Shown: in pieces, positions 1 to 7,539 of the stretch
Numbering within the stretch: the first letter of the stretch is position 1
Layout of the letters: the number at the start of each line of letters is the position of its first letter
Virus record (IMG/VR): IMGVR_UViG_3300021404_000006
Coordinates: 1-64,000 of that record
Direction: 5' to 3' (one strand)
DNA: 64,000 nt
Source: a virus
The notes under the pieces: generated by a model
The model's database searches: none
What the model was told of the DNA's origin: nothing
What the model saw: only the letters and a program-made list of their open reading frames with translations
Program-made: the position numbers and the translations under genes

Positions 1-127
1 AGAGCCATAGGCAGAGCCATAGGCAGAGCCATAGGCAGAGCCATAGGCAGAGCCATAGGCAGAGCCATAGGCAGAGCCATAGGCAGAGCCATAGGCAGAG
101 CCATAGGCAGAGCCATAGGCAGAGCCA
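1..127. repeat. Tandem repeat of 12-mer AGAGCCATAGGC (~10.5 copies, truncated by window edge; degenerate GCCATAG copies continue to ~265)
   Basis: Directly visible perfect repeats. Confidence 0.97.
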
Positions 128-239
128 AGCCATAGGCATAGCCCGACCCATAGCCATAGGCATAGCCTGCATTCCAGCCTGCATTGCCAAGCCATAGCCA
201 TGTGCATAGCTATGTGCATAGCCAAGCCATAGGCATTAG

Positions 240-780
240 TTGTATGAGTATAAGCATGGCCATAGCTAGAGCATGATTCTAGAACTACTAATGGGCTATA
301 TAGAACAACATTCTAGAACACGCAATGGCATGGCTTATCGCATTGCCGATTGTTAGCATGCCTAAAGGAGTGCCTTACGCATCATGTAATTAGTTTGCAT
401 CACCGTAGTACATGCGCATCGTATTAGTTTGCATCACACAATTACTGCCGCAATTCATGTATGTATTTAACGCATGAATTAACTATTTAATTGTCGGTTA
501 ATGTTCAATTTTTTAGTTAATTTGATTCCCGGACGGTTTGGTCGGCAGATTTCTCCCCCGTCGAAAAAAGTTCCAAGCAAAGCGGTTGAAGCTTCAAACT
601 ATCGAAAAGTGCCTCTGACCTGCGGAAACTCGGCCGAAAGTGTTCGAAAATAGCAACAACCTAATAGTTTATGGCATAAACCCGCGATTACTAATGAATT
701 ACTAGTAGTTTGCCCTACCAAACTATCGAGGTCATAAACCCTGGTCCAGGGGTTACCGGACAGTAACTCGGCCTCCGAAT
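240..780. promoter_or_regulatory. AT-rich non-coding region with direct repeat ATTAGTTTGCATCAC (389-403, 423-437); possible origin or genome-end/control region
   Basis: Sharp drop in GC versus rest of window, no credible ORF, short direct and palindromic repeats. Confidence 0.45.
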
Positions 781-806
781 TCGCCCCGTCTGGTACCATC
801 GGAGCC

Positions 807-1466
807 ATGAATGACCCCACATTTCCGTCAGAATCGCTGCGTGTGCGCGTGAGTGGCAATGCAAGCGAAGATACTTACGCTCAGGTCGGCAAGCAGGCAG
901 CTAGCTTGCTCACGGAGATCATAAACGAGTACGCACCGGGGAGTGAAGATGTCCTGGACTGGGGATGCGGGCCGGGGCGCGTAGCTGTACACCTGAATTA
1001 CCCGGGCCTTCGGGGATGTGATCCTGATCCTGAGGGCGTGGCCTGGTGCAATGCCAACATCGCTGAGGATCGTTTCGTTCATACCGGGCTTTACCCGCCC
1101 CTGCCGTACGAAGACGAGTCGTTCGATGCGGTTATCGCCGTATCGGTCATGACGCATCTGAAGCGCGATGTTCAGCGGCTGTGGCTGTGCGAGCTGGCGC
1201 GGGTCCTGCGCCCCGGTGGCATCTTCATTGCCACCGTCCACGGTGAAGCCGCCGCTGGAGCCTTCGGGATAACAGACCTGGGCAACGGGATTCAGGATCA
1301 CTGGCTGGACCCGTTTATGGCGGGCATCCTGTCAGCTGATTATTACAAGACTGTTCTCCAGTCGGAAGCCTACACGCGCAGATCCTGGCGGCAGTTCTTC
1401 GACATCGTGGCATACGAAACTCCTGGTCTAGAGCTTCACGACGTAGTGGTGTGCAGGAAGAAGTAG
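807..1466 (+). CDS. Class I SAM-dependent methyltransferase
   Basis: VLDWGCGPG motif I, FDAVIAVSVMTHL, ELARVLRPGG. Confidence 0.9.
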   Translation: MNDPTFPSESLRVRVSGNASEDTYAQVGKQAASLLTEIINEYAPGSEDVLDWGCGPGRVAVHLNYPGLRGCDPDPEGVAWCNANIAEDRFVHTGLYPPLPYEDESFDAVIAVSVMTHLKRDVQRLWLCELARVLRPGGIFIATVHGEAAAGAFGITDLGNGIQDHWLDPFMAGILSADYYKTVLQSEAYTRRSWRQFFDIVAYETPGLELHDVVVCRKK

Positions 1467-1470
1467 TGAA

Positions 1471-1510
1471 ATAGAAAACCCCTCGATCAGTAGACCGAGG
1501 GGTTTTCTAT
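1471..1510. terminator. Bidirectional intrinsic terminator
   Basis: ATAGAAAACCCCTCG...CGAGGGGTTTTCTAT inverted repeat between convergent genes. Confidence 0.85.
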
Positions 1511-1513
1511 CTT

Positions 1514-2077
1514 CTAATTGCTTGCGCAGATTGCGTATACCGTCAGGAGTTCTCCAGAAGGGCCGCCGGTCTGGGTTGCAGTCCAGCCGTTATTTCCGTC
1601 CGGCTTTGAGATACCTACTGCCGTGCCGCCGACGTTACCTGCTTCAAATCCGCCGCCTGTAACAGTGGTCCCAGTAGGACATGTAACATCAGCTACATTG
1701 CCTGAAGGAAAGCCACCCGGATTTGTGTAAGTGACAACTGTAGTTGTCAGAGGGGCAGGAGTACCCGCTGGCCCAGTAGGACCCGCTGGTCCGGTTGCGC
1801 CGGTAGCTCCTGTGGCCCCCGCTGGCCCCTGTGGACCTGTCTGATTCCACGTCAGTTCTGTCTGCCCGCTTGGGCAGTGCCCGTTGGGGAGCGCAGTGTC
1901 GATGACGCCAAGCGCGGAGCTGTGCCCGTCGCTCTGGGGGTGATAGCAGCCGTGAATCACGCCACTGCTGTCGGGGATAGCCGCTTGGGCAACGCCTGCT
2001 CCAAGGCCTGCGAGTGCGAGAGCCGCGACAGCTATTCCTGCGGCCGTTTTCTTATGCTTGATCTGAATCTTTCGCAT
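1514..2077 (-). CDS. Secreted protein with short collagen-like (Gly-X-Y) repeat
   Basis: Signal peptide ending AQA, GPQGPAGATGATGATGPAGPTGPAG, Cys-containing flanking domains. Confidence 0.8.
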   Translation of the reverse strand: MRKIQIKHKKTAAGIAVAALALAGLGAGVAQAAIPDSSGVIHGCYHPQSDGHSSALGVIDTALPNGHCPSGQTELTWNQTGPQGPAGATGATGATGPAGPTGPAGTPAPLTTTVVTYTNPGGFPSGNVADVTCPTGTTVTGGGFEAGNVGGTAVGISKPDGNNGWTATQTGGPSGELLTVYAICASN

Positions 2078-2099
2078 TCCCGTATATTACACTGAATTC

Positions 2100-2645
2100 G
2101 TGAGCGACTTTATGAAGACCGTGGACGGACTCCTCGCAAATCCCAAGCCCGGCATGATCGGCCTGACCCAGATCAGCGGCGGTGTGGGTAAGGCAATTGA
2201 GTTCGGACAGTGGCTGAACGGCGAAGGCTTCCAGATGTGGGAGCACGCTTTCGTCCTGCTGCCCGAAAACCAGATTCTTGAAGCCGAGCCCGGCGGTGCG
2301 AGGATCGTGCCGCTGCATTACAACGATGTTTACTGGTGCACTGGCCTGTACAAATTGCTGCCGATGACTCCCAGGCCTGATGACACCGCGAGCTGGATGG
2401 CAGTGGCGAACCAGTTCAAGGGCATTCCGTACTCGTTCCTTGACTACGCAGCCCTGTCCGCTCATCGGCTGCACATTCCGATACCGGGACTAGAGGATTT
2501 CATCGCTGACTCCGGGCATGAGATCTGCTCCCAGCTGGCCGATGACTTCTACACGCGCCTGGGCGCGACGATCTTCACCGACAAGCGCTGGACTGGCTTC
2601 GTGACGCCGGCGGGCCTCTACAAGCGCGACCTTCAGCTAAAGTAA
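2100..2645 (+). CDS. Permuted papain-like (NlpC/P60 superfamily, YiiX/YaeF-like) hydrolase
   Basis: His before Cys order: WEHAFV ... G-x-PY ... ICSQL. Confidence 0.6.
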   Translation: MSDFMKTVDGLLANPKPGMIGLTQISGGVGKAIEFGQWLNGEGFQMWEHAFVLLPENQILEAEPGGARIVPLHYNDVYWCTGLYKLLPMTPRPDDTASWMAVANQFKGIPYSFLDYAALSAHRLHIPIPGLEDFIADSGHEICSQLADDFYTRLGATIFTDKRWTGFVTPAGLYKRDLQLK

Positions 2646-2652
2646 GGGGGCC

Positions 2653-3261
2653 ATGATGAAAAAATCCCTTATCGCCAGTCTGTTCTTGGTCCCCGTAGCT
2701 GCGACTGCGTTTGCCGTGGCCTGTCAGCCGGTTACCAGCTCCACTACGCCCCCGGCTCCCGCTAGCTCTACCGCGTCCCCAGCTCCCGTAACTCCGGTGC
2801 CAGTGACTACGACAGCCAGCCCGGTGCCAGTGACTACGACAGCCAGCCCGTCAGCACAGTGTCACTTCCGCTACGACGCAGGAAATCCCCTTCCCGACCC
2901 CCGGTGCACCCCTGGCGCTGTTCAGTCCACCTCGGTAACGGCGATCTGTGCTTCCGGCTGGGCAACGGCTCACCGCGAGTACTTCACCAAGGCCGAGCGC
3001 GAGGTAGCCTTCGCTAGGTACGGCGTGATCACGCTTAACCCCGTTGGTTACGGCGAGTACGACCACCTGATCCCGCTGGAGCTGGGAGGGGCGAACAGCC
3101 CGGATAATCTCTGGCCGGAGAAGGGCAAGATCCCCAACGCCAAGGACGCGATTGAGAACACCCTGCACGAGGAAGTATGCGCAGGCAAGGTGTCCCTCGC
3201 AGCCGCCCAGAGCGCCATCGCTTCTGACTGGGTGACCGCTGAAACAGTACTAGGAATCTGA
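2653..3261 (+). CDS. Putative lipoprotein with HNH-like nuclease domain
   Basis: Signal peptide with FAVAC lipobox-like site, Pro/Thr linker, EYDHLIPLELGGAN...NLWPE. Confidence 0.75.
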   Translation: MMKKSLIASLFLVPVAATAFAVACQPVTSSTTPPAPASSTASPAPVTPVPVTTTASPVPVTTTASPSAQCHFRYDAGNPLPDPRCTPGAVQSTSVTAICASGWATAHREYFTKAEREVAFARYGVITLNPVGYGEYDHLIPLELGGANSPDNLWPEKGKIPNAKDAIENTLHEEVCAGKVSLAAAQSAIASDWVTAETVLGI

Positions 3262-3262
3262 C

Positions 3263-3772
3263 ATGAGCGTGACTACGAAGGCGGCTCGCCGTGCCGGCGG
3301 GTGCGTGTGCTCTCAGAACTGGAAGAAGCTCAAGGGTCTTGACTATACCGAGACCACCTGCAAGCCGGGCTACTGCTTCTCGGCTAAGTGCCTGACCTGC
3401 GGCGGCGAGGTCTTCGGCATGGGTCCGATGGCCTGCCCGTGCGAGGCTCCCCGGTGGTTCAGGCACCCGGACATGGCTAGGCGCGGGTACTTCGACCTGG
3501 ATAAGAACGAGTTCGTGGAGTCGCGTGGCGTGGCGGTCAAGCCGAACATCGCGAGGAGGAATCGTGGCAAGCGGTTATGCTGCGCCAGGCCCCAGCCCCA
3601 TGTGCCGCAAGTGCGGCCTGACCGATGGAGTACACACTCCAGGATGTCCTCTGGGAGAAGCCTCGAAAAACAGGTTGCGAGCACTCGGGGGCGTGGGGTA
3701 GGGTGGGGTCATGAGTTCAAGGACAGCCATCAGCCAGCGACCGTGCTACAAGCACGAGACGCCCGGTTTTGA
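3263..3772 (+). CDS. Cys-rich hypothetical protein (3' part doubtful)
   Basis: Starts immediately after upstream stop; CxC/CxxC motifs in first 100 aa; distal part overlaps another small ORF and a structured region. Confidence 0.5.
   Translation: MSVTTKAARRAGGCVCSQNWKKLKGLDYTETTCKPGYCFSAKCLTCGGEVFGMGPMACPCEAPRWFRHPDMARRGYFDLDKNEFVESRGVAVKPNIARRNRGKRLCCARPQPHVPQVRPDRWSTHSRMSSGRSLEKQVASTRGRGVGWGHEFKDSHQPATVLQARDARF
3564..3701 (+). CDS. Small 45-aa putative Zn-binding protein (not in ORF track)
   Basis: Strong RBS GAGGAGG before GTG; translates to MASGYAAPGPSPMCRKCGLTDGVHTPGCPLGEASKNRLRALGGVG. Confidence 0.5.
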   Translation: MASGYAAPGPSPMCRKCGLTDGVHTPGCPLGEASKNRLRALGGVG

Positions 3773-3899
3773 TGCCTGGAACCAGGTACTCGGGATGAGG
3801 CGAACCTAGCTCAGGAACTTTCTGAAACTAGGGCCTCGAACCGGGGAATAACCGGAGCGGGGCCTTCGTTATAGAGGGCGCAAGACACTAAAACTCCAT

Positions 3900-3976
3900 A
3901 TGGGAGCAGCTAACCCGGCCGGGCCGGGAGCGGATTCCAAACCCGCCAGCAATGCGTTCGACTCGTAGTTCCCGTG
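3900..3976 (+). tRNA. tRNA-Trp(CCA), atypical
   Basis: GCGGA-TTCCAAA-CCCGC anticodon arm, TTCGACT T-loop, 4-bp T stem. Confidence 0.7.
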
Positions 3977-4226
3977 CTTAGCTCCACTACCCGAAACCTG
4001 CGAGGGGACTAGGATGTGAACGAGCTTGTTGCGGCTCCGGCCGTGTGTCAACTCCATAGTGATGAGCATGAAGTACCTCGTAGTCAACGGGCCTCCACCC
4101 TGCGACTGCGACGGGGCCAGGACTCCACTCCTGGTCCCAATCTTTACAGCGAGATGCGGCGCGAACCCCCCGACCATCGCAGGGGCTAGACAGTACAGGA
4201 CTGCGGTAACGCCGAATCTCGCTCAC

Positions 4227-4299
4227 GGGGTAGTGGCACGACAGGTAAGGCACCTGCTTTGCAAGCAGCTACATGAGGGTTCGAATCCCTTCTACTCCA
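4227..4299 (+). tRNA. tRNA-Ala(TGC)
   Basis: GGGGTAG/CTACTCC-A acceptor with G3:U70, loop TTTGCAA. Confidence 0.88.
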
Positions 4300-4501
4300 C
4301 TGCTCCGAGGTAATTAGCGGCCACCTTAGACGTGGTGACAACGCGGTAGAAGGAGCTTCAAATTCCGCGAGAGTAGTCCTTTGCCGGACGAGGGTAGCGG
4401 GTAAAGCGGGTAAAGGGTTTCTGTGGGCTTTCCCTCCGCCTCGCCAAAGATACTGCCGGGGGTAGCTACCTGGTAAGTCTGGAATCGTGACAGCCTTACG
4501 A

Positions 4502-4573
4502 CGGGATTGAGGAAGACGGTAATCTGCTTCGTTCGGATCGAAGAGAAACTGGGTTCGACTCCCAGAGTCCCGA
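4502..4573 (+). tRNA. tRNA-Pro(CGG)
   Basis: CTTCG-TTCGGAT-CGAAG anticodon arm, GTTCGACT T-loop. Confidence 0.88.
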
Positions 4574-4576
4574 CAA

Positions 4577-4700
4577 GTGCTCAGTAAACGGTCGATAGGG
4601 ATCAGATGCGGGTTCAAGTCCCGTCACTTCCACGGTGTGCAAAGCCAATGGGGGTGTAGCTCAACGGCAGAGCGGTGAACGTAGACCGGGTAATGAGCGC
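4577..4700 (+). ncRNA. yrlA: Y RNA, YrlA-like (circularly permuted tRNA-like domain on a Ro60-binding stem)
   Basis: Terminal stems GTGCTCA/TGAGCGC and CGGTC(GA)/GACCG enclose T arm (GCGGG-TTCAAGT-CCCGT), acceptor stem CACTTCC/GGGGGTG closed by a loop, then D arm (TAGCTCAACGGCAGAGC). Confidence 0.8.
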
Positions 4701-4794
4701 CTAGCGAGAAGAGTCGCGAATCTTTGAGCGAACCGGAAGCGTACCTCCGAGGGACCTAGGCCGATCACCTGGGAGCGTCCCGAAAACGTGTCAT

Positions 4795-4866
4795 CGGGAG
4801 CGAGGAAGACGGTAATCTGCTTGCTCGGGATGCAAGAGAGACTGGGTTCAACTCCCAGGTTCCCGA
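4795..4866 (+). tRNA. tRNA-Pro(GGG)
   Basis: CTTGC-TCGGGAT-GCAAG anticodon arm. Confidence 0.88.
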
Positions 4867-4921
4867 CGCAGCCGCCAGCCTGGATACGAAATATGTGTGG
4901 CTAGAAAAAGTCCAGGAATAA

Positions 4922-4992
4922 CGGGATGTAGCGTAATGGTAGCGCGCCTGCTTTGGGAGCAGGTGGTTCAGGTTCGATTCCTGGTATTCCGA
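4922..4992 (+). tRNA. tRNA-Pro(TGG)
   Basis: CCTGC-TTTGGGA-GCAGG anticodon arm. Confidence 0.9.
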
Positions 4993-5061
4993 CGACGGGT
5001 GACCGCACTCAAGTGTCAGGGACGTGCGGCAGCAGGCGTGATGGGTGTAGGCGTCGCACAT

Positions 5062-5134
5062 GGGTCTGTAGCTCAATCGGTAGAGCGCTGGTCTGAAAAT
5101 CCAGAGGTCACAGGTTCGATTCCTGTCGTTCCCA
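5062..5134 (+). tRNA. tRNA-Phe(GAA)
   Basis: Loop CTGAAAA, canonical D and T arms. Confidence 0.88.
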
Positions 5135-5135
5135 C

Positions 5136-5206
5136 GGGGTAGTTAGTTAACGGCAAACTCCCACTCTTCCAAAGTGGTACTGCGGGTTCGAATCCCGTCT
5201 GCCCTT
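5136..5206 (+). tRNA. tRNA-Gly(TCC)
   Basis: CCACT-CTTCCAA-AGTGG. Confidence 0.88.
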
Positions 5207-5255
5207 CAAGGTCGGCCTCAATAAGCCATTTACGCGCCCAACCGGGCCGGCCCCT

Positions 5256-5328
5256 GTCACAATAGCTCCAGCGGTAGAGCGCCCCTTTCGTAATGGGGAG
5301 GACGTGGGTTCGAATCCCTCTTGTGGCT
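5256..5328 (+). tRNA. tRNA-Thr(CGT)
   Basis: Loop TTCGTAA, canonical cloverleaf. Confidence 0.88.
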
Positions 5329-5329
5329 C

Positions 5330-5403
5330 GCGTCTCTAGCTTAACGGTTCAAAGTAACTGGCTCTTACCCAGTGAGATCAGGGTTCGAATCCCTGGGGAC
5401 GTA
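5330..5403 (+). tRNA. tRNA-Lys(CTT)
   Basis: ACTGG-CTCTTAC-CCAGT. Confidence 0.88.
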
Positions 5404-5407
5404 CTGT

Positions 5408-5484
5408 GCTCGGGTAGGCAACTGGCAGACCACAGGGTTTCAAACTCCCTGATGCTGTGGGTTCAAATCCCATCCTGAGTACCA
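5408..5484 (+). tRNA. tRNA-Leu(CAA), short variable loop
   Basis: AGGGT-TTCAAAC-TCCCT, A73, encoded CCA. Confidence 0.8.
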
Positions 5485-5485
5485 T

Positions 5486-5558
5486 TTCCGTCTGGCCAAA
5501 TTGGCAAGGCACCTGGCTCTGAACCAGGAGATTCCAAGTTCGAATCTTGGGACGGAAG
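5486..5558 (+). tRNA. tRNA-Gln(CTG)
   Basis: CCTGG-CTCTGAA-CCAGG. Confidence 0.9.
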
Positions 5559-5627
5559 CGGGGAAATCGTACAGCTACGATGAGGAAATACCCGAATACG
5601 AGCTGAGTCCGGCGATTTCCCTACCAT

Positions 5628-5701
5628 GCTCCGCTAGGCAACTGGCAGACCACAGGGTCTCAGAAATCCTGATGCTCGGGGTTCGAATCCCCGGTGGAGT
5701 A
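5628..5701 (+). tRNA. tRNA-Leu(CAG), short variable loop
   Basis: AGGGT-CTCAGAA-ATCCT. Confidence 0.85.
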
Positions 5702-5803
5702 CGCGAGACGAGCCGGATGTAATCGGTTATCCTGGCCAAAAGAATTACAGGGGCGCTATTGCAGCGCTTAAAGCTCGGTTGCAATAAATATGTTCGTCTC
5801 CAT

Positions 5804-5876
5804 GCCTCCTTAGCTCATTCGGAAGAGCAGCTGTCTTGTAAACAGCAGGTGATCGGTTCGAATCCGATAGGTGGCT
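5804..5876 (+). tRNA. tRNA-Thr(TGT)
   Basis: GCTGT-CTTGTAA-ACAGC. Confidence 0.9.
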
Positions 5877-5956
5877 CTGGGCTTGTTAAGAAATCCGCAA
5901 CACGGTCGTTAGTCGGCCGCCTACGGGCGCGGCTCTTACACTGGCAGGCTCTTCAT

Positions 5957-6029
5957 GTCACAATAGCTCCAGCGGTAGAGCGGTTGCATGGTAAGCAACA
6001 GGTCTCGGGTTCGAATCCCGATTGTGGCT
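5957..6029 (+). tRNA. tRNA-Thr(GGT)
   Basis: GTTGC-ATGGTAA-GCAAC. Confidence 0.9.
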
Positions 6030-6113
6030 CTAGCTCAGACACCGTTCGACGCGCCCCGGCTGCAAGCGGACGTACTGTCGAATTACCTTGCAGGGGTCGT
6101 CTGAGCTTTAATT

Positions 6114-6218
6114 GTTTCCGGTCGAGGCAATAGGCAGACCCTAGAGGAGCAGCTTAGCTGCAACAAGCCGTCATAAGGCTGAGATAGTGTGCCGGTTCGA
6201 AACCGGCCCGGAAACCCA
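6114..6218 (+). tRNA. Atypical tRNA(CAT) with extra arm 5' of the anticodon arm
   Basis: GTTTCCGG/CCGGAAAC acceptor + CCA, AGCC-GTCATAA-GGCT anticodon arm, GCCGG-TTCGAAA-CCGGC T arm, inserted GCAGC-TTA-GCTGC hairpin. Confidence 0.6.
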
Positions 6219-6219
6219 T

Positions 6220-6293
6220 GTGGTAGTAGCTCCAATTGGTAGAGCATCGGCTTGCCAAGTCGAATGTTGCGAGTTCGAATCTCGTCTGCCGCA
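6220..6293 (+). tRNA. tRNA-Gly(GCC)
   Basis: TCGGC-TTGCCAA-GTCGA. Confidence 0.9.
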
Positions 6294-6347
6294 CTTACCC
6301 GCACAGGTACCTCGTATGGAAGGTGGGATTAAAAACCCTGTGACCCT

Positions 6348-6430
6348 GCGCACATGATGGAATGGTAGACGTGCTGTCTTGAGGAGGCAGTGTCCGGAAG
6401 GGCGTGCCGGTTCGAATCCGGCTGTGTGCA
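6348..6430 (+). tRNA. tRNA-Leu(GAG)
   Basis: CTGTC-TTGAGGA-GGCAG, long variable arm. Confidence 0.9.
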
Positions 6431-6504
6431 CTAGCTAGCGGAAGGAAGTACGCCTTCGCCGGGGAAGGTCCGGCACGAGAGAAGAATCGTCCGCTAGCTT
6501 TAAT

Positions 6505-6589
6505 GGAAGGCTCGCATAGCGGTCTAGTGCGCTGCCCTGCTAAGGCAGTTGGGGTCAAACTCACGCGGGTTCGAATCCCGCGCCTTCCT
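6505..6589 (+). tRNA. tRNA-Ser(GCT)
   Basis: CTGCC-CTGCTAA-GGCAG, long variable arm. Confidence 0.9.
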
Positions 6590-6665
6590 CGGTAGGTGGT
6601 TTCAGGTGAATCGTTCCTGATGAAATGCTCTCCGGTTATTAGGATATGAGCTGCCACCCCTTAAC

Positions 6666-6750
6666 GGATGATTCGCATAGTGGTCTAGTGCGCCAGCTTG
6701 GAAAGTTGGTATGGGTCAAACCATCGCGAGTTCGAATCTCGCATCATCCT
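6666..6750 (+). tRNA. tRNA-Ser(GGA)
   Basis: CCAGC-TTGGAAA-GTTGG, long variable arm. Confidence 0.9.
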
Positions 6751-6751
6751 C

Positions 6752-6836
6752 GGAAGATGATCCCTGCCGGTAATGGGGGCCGCCTCGAAAGCGGATCGTG
6801 GCTAATCACCATGGCGTTCAATTCGTCCTTCTTCCT
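6752..6836 (+). tRNA. tRNA-Ser(CGA), possible 8/4 fold
   Basis: CCGC-CTCGAAA-GCGG; GGCG-TTCAATT-CGTC 4-bp T stem. Confidence 0.75.
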
Positions 6837-6904
6837 CTTGGGCGCAGGCTGGCACTGTGGGTAACTCCTGGGAAATACGGGCTCGTACCAGGACCCATTT
6901 ACGA

Positions 6905-6977
6905 GCCGATTGCAGAGCTGGTTGCTCGGAGAACTCTGATAAGGTTCTTGCGCTGAGTTCAATTCTCAGAGTCGGTA
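6905..6977 (+). tRNA. tRNA-Ile(GAT)
   Basis: GAACT-CTGATAA-GGTTC. Confidence 0.85.
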
Positions 6978-6978
6978 C

Positions 6979-7052
6979 GGGAGCAGGTCCGAACGGTATG
7001 ACGGAATCTGGCTTATATCCAGCTTGACTAGGTTCAATTCCTAGTGCTCCTA
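6979..7052 (+). tRNA. tRNA-Ile(TAT)
   Basis: CTGG-CTTATAT-CCAG, GGGAGCA/TGCTCCT acceptor. Confidence 0.8.
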
Positions 7053-7053
7053 C

Positions 7054-7127
7054 TGTGGCGTAGCTCATTGGCTAGAGCGCCGGCTTCATAAACCGGGAGG
7101 TAGAGGGTTCGAATCCCTTCGTCACTA
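7054..7127 (+). tRNA. tRNA-Met(CAT), initiator-like 1:72 mismatch
   Basis: Loop TTCATAA; T1:T72 mismatch. Confidence 0.85.
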
Positions 7128-7128
7128 C

Positions 7129-7200
7129 GGGTCTTTCGTTCAATGCGCAGGACAGCGGGCTTTTACCCCGTATATCTGGGTTCGAATCCCAGAGGACCCA
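7129..7200 (+). tRNA. tRNA-Lys(TTT)
   Basis: GCGGG-CTTTTAC-CCCGT. Confidence 0.88.
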
Positions 7201-7294
7201 CGGCAAGTGTGAGCAATCAGATTACTTGTACTCCCTCTCGCTTTTTGTGCAGCCCGGTAAACGGGTGGAGGACGGATGGCCTGGTTGCAAAAAT

Positions 7295-7368
7295 GCTCCG
7301 TTGGTCTAGCGGTCAGGACACCTGGTTCTCAGCCAGCGAGATCATCGGTTCGAATCCGATACGGAGCA
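7295..7368 (+). tRNA. tRNA-Glu(CTC)
   Basis: CTGG-TTCTCAG-CCAG. Confidence 0.88.
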
Positions 7369-7388
7369 CGCTACAATAAAAAGCACAA

Positions 7389-7462
7389 CGTCCATTAGGC
7401 AAGCGGTTCAAGCCACCTGTCCTTCAAACAGGGGATCATCGGTTCGAATCCGATATGGACGA
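7389..7462 (+). tRNA. tRNA-Glu(TTC)
   Basis: CCTGT-CCTTCAA-ACAGG. Confidence 0.85.
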
Positions 7463-7463
7463 C

Positions 7464-7539
7464 TGCGGGGTGACTGGAGTTCGGACCCAGCCCGGCCTCA
7501 TAAGCCGCATAAACGTCGGTTCAAATCCGACCCCCGCTT
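7464..7539 (+). tRNA. tRNA-Met(CAT), fMet-like
   Basis: GCGGGG/CCCCGC acceptor with 1:72 mismatch, CGGC-CTCATAA-GCCG. Confidence 0.82.

Noticed and set aside
1-127. CRISPR array
   Set aside because: Contiguous 12-bp units without spacers; no cas genes
4301-4376. Possible tRNA-Leu(TAG)
   Set aside because: A good anticodon-like arm (GCCAC-CTTAGAC-GTGGT) is present but acceptor and T arms do not fold properly; at most a decayed or atypical element
4603-4790. Two-piece (permuted) tmRNA or intron-containing tRNA-Ala
   Set aside because: It has a fully paired canonical D arm and an enclosing Ro-type helix, with no tag ORF and no downstream T arm; YrlA fits better
5426-5444. Possible opal-suppressor or Sec tRNA (TCA) reading of TTTCAAA
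   Set aside because: The stem CAGGG/CCCTG centres the loop on CAA, and the body is nearly identical to the neighbouring tRNA-Leu(CAG)
6617-6626. Hammerhead ribozyme (CTGATGA)
   Set aside because: No stem II followed by a separate GAAA and no stem III/NUH arrangement
3869-7379. ORFs from the track across the tRNA array (also 9913-10170)
   Set aside because: They are translations of tRNA and ncRNA sequence with no RBS or protein-like composition
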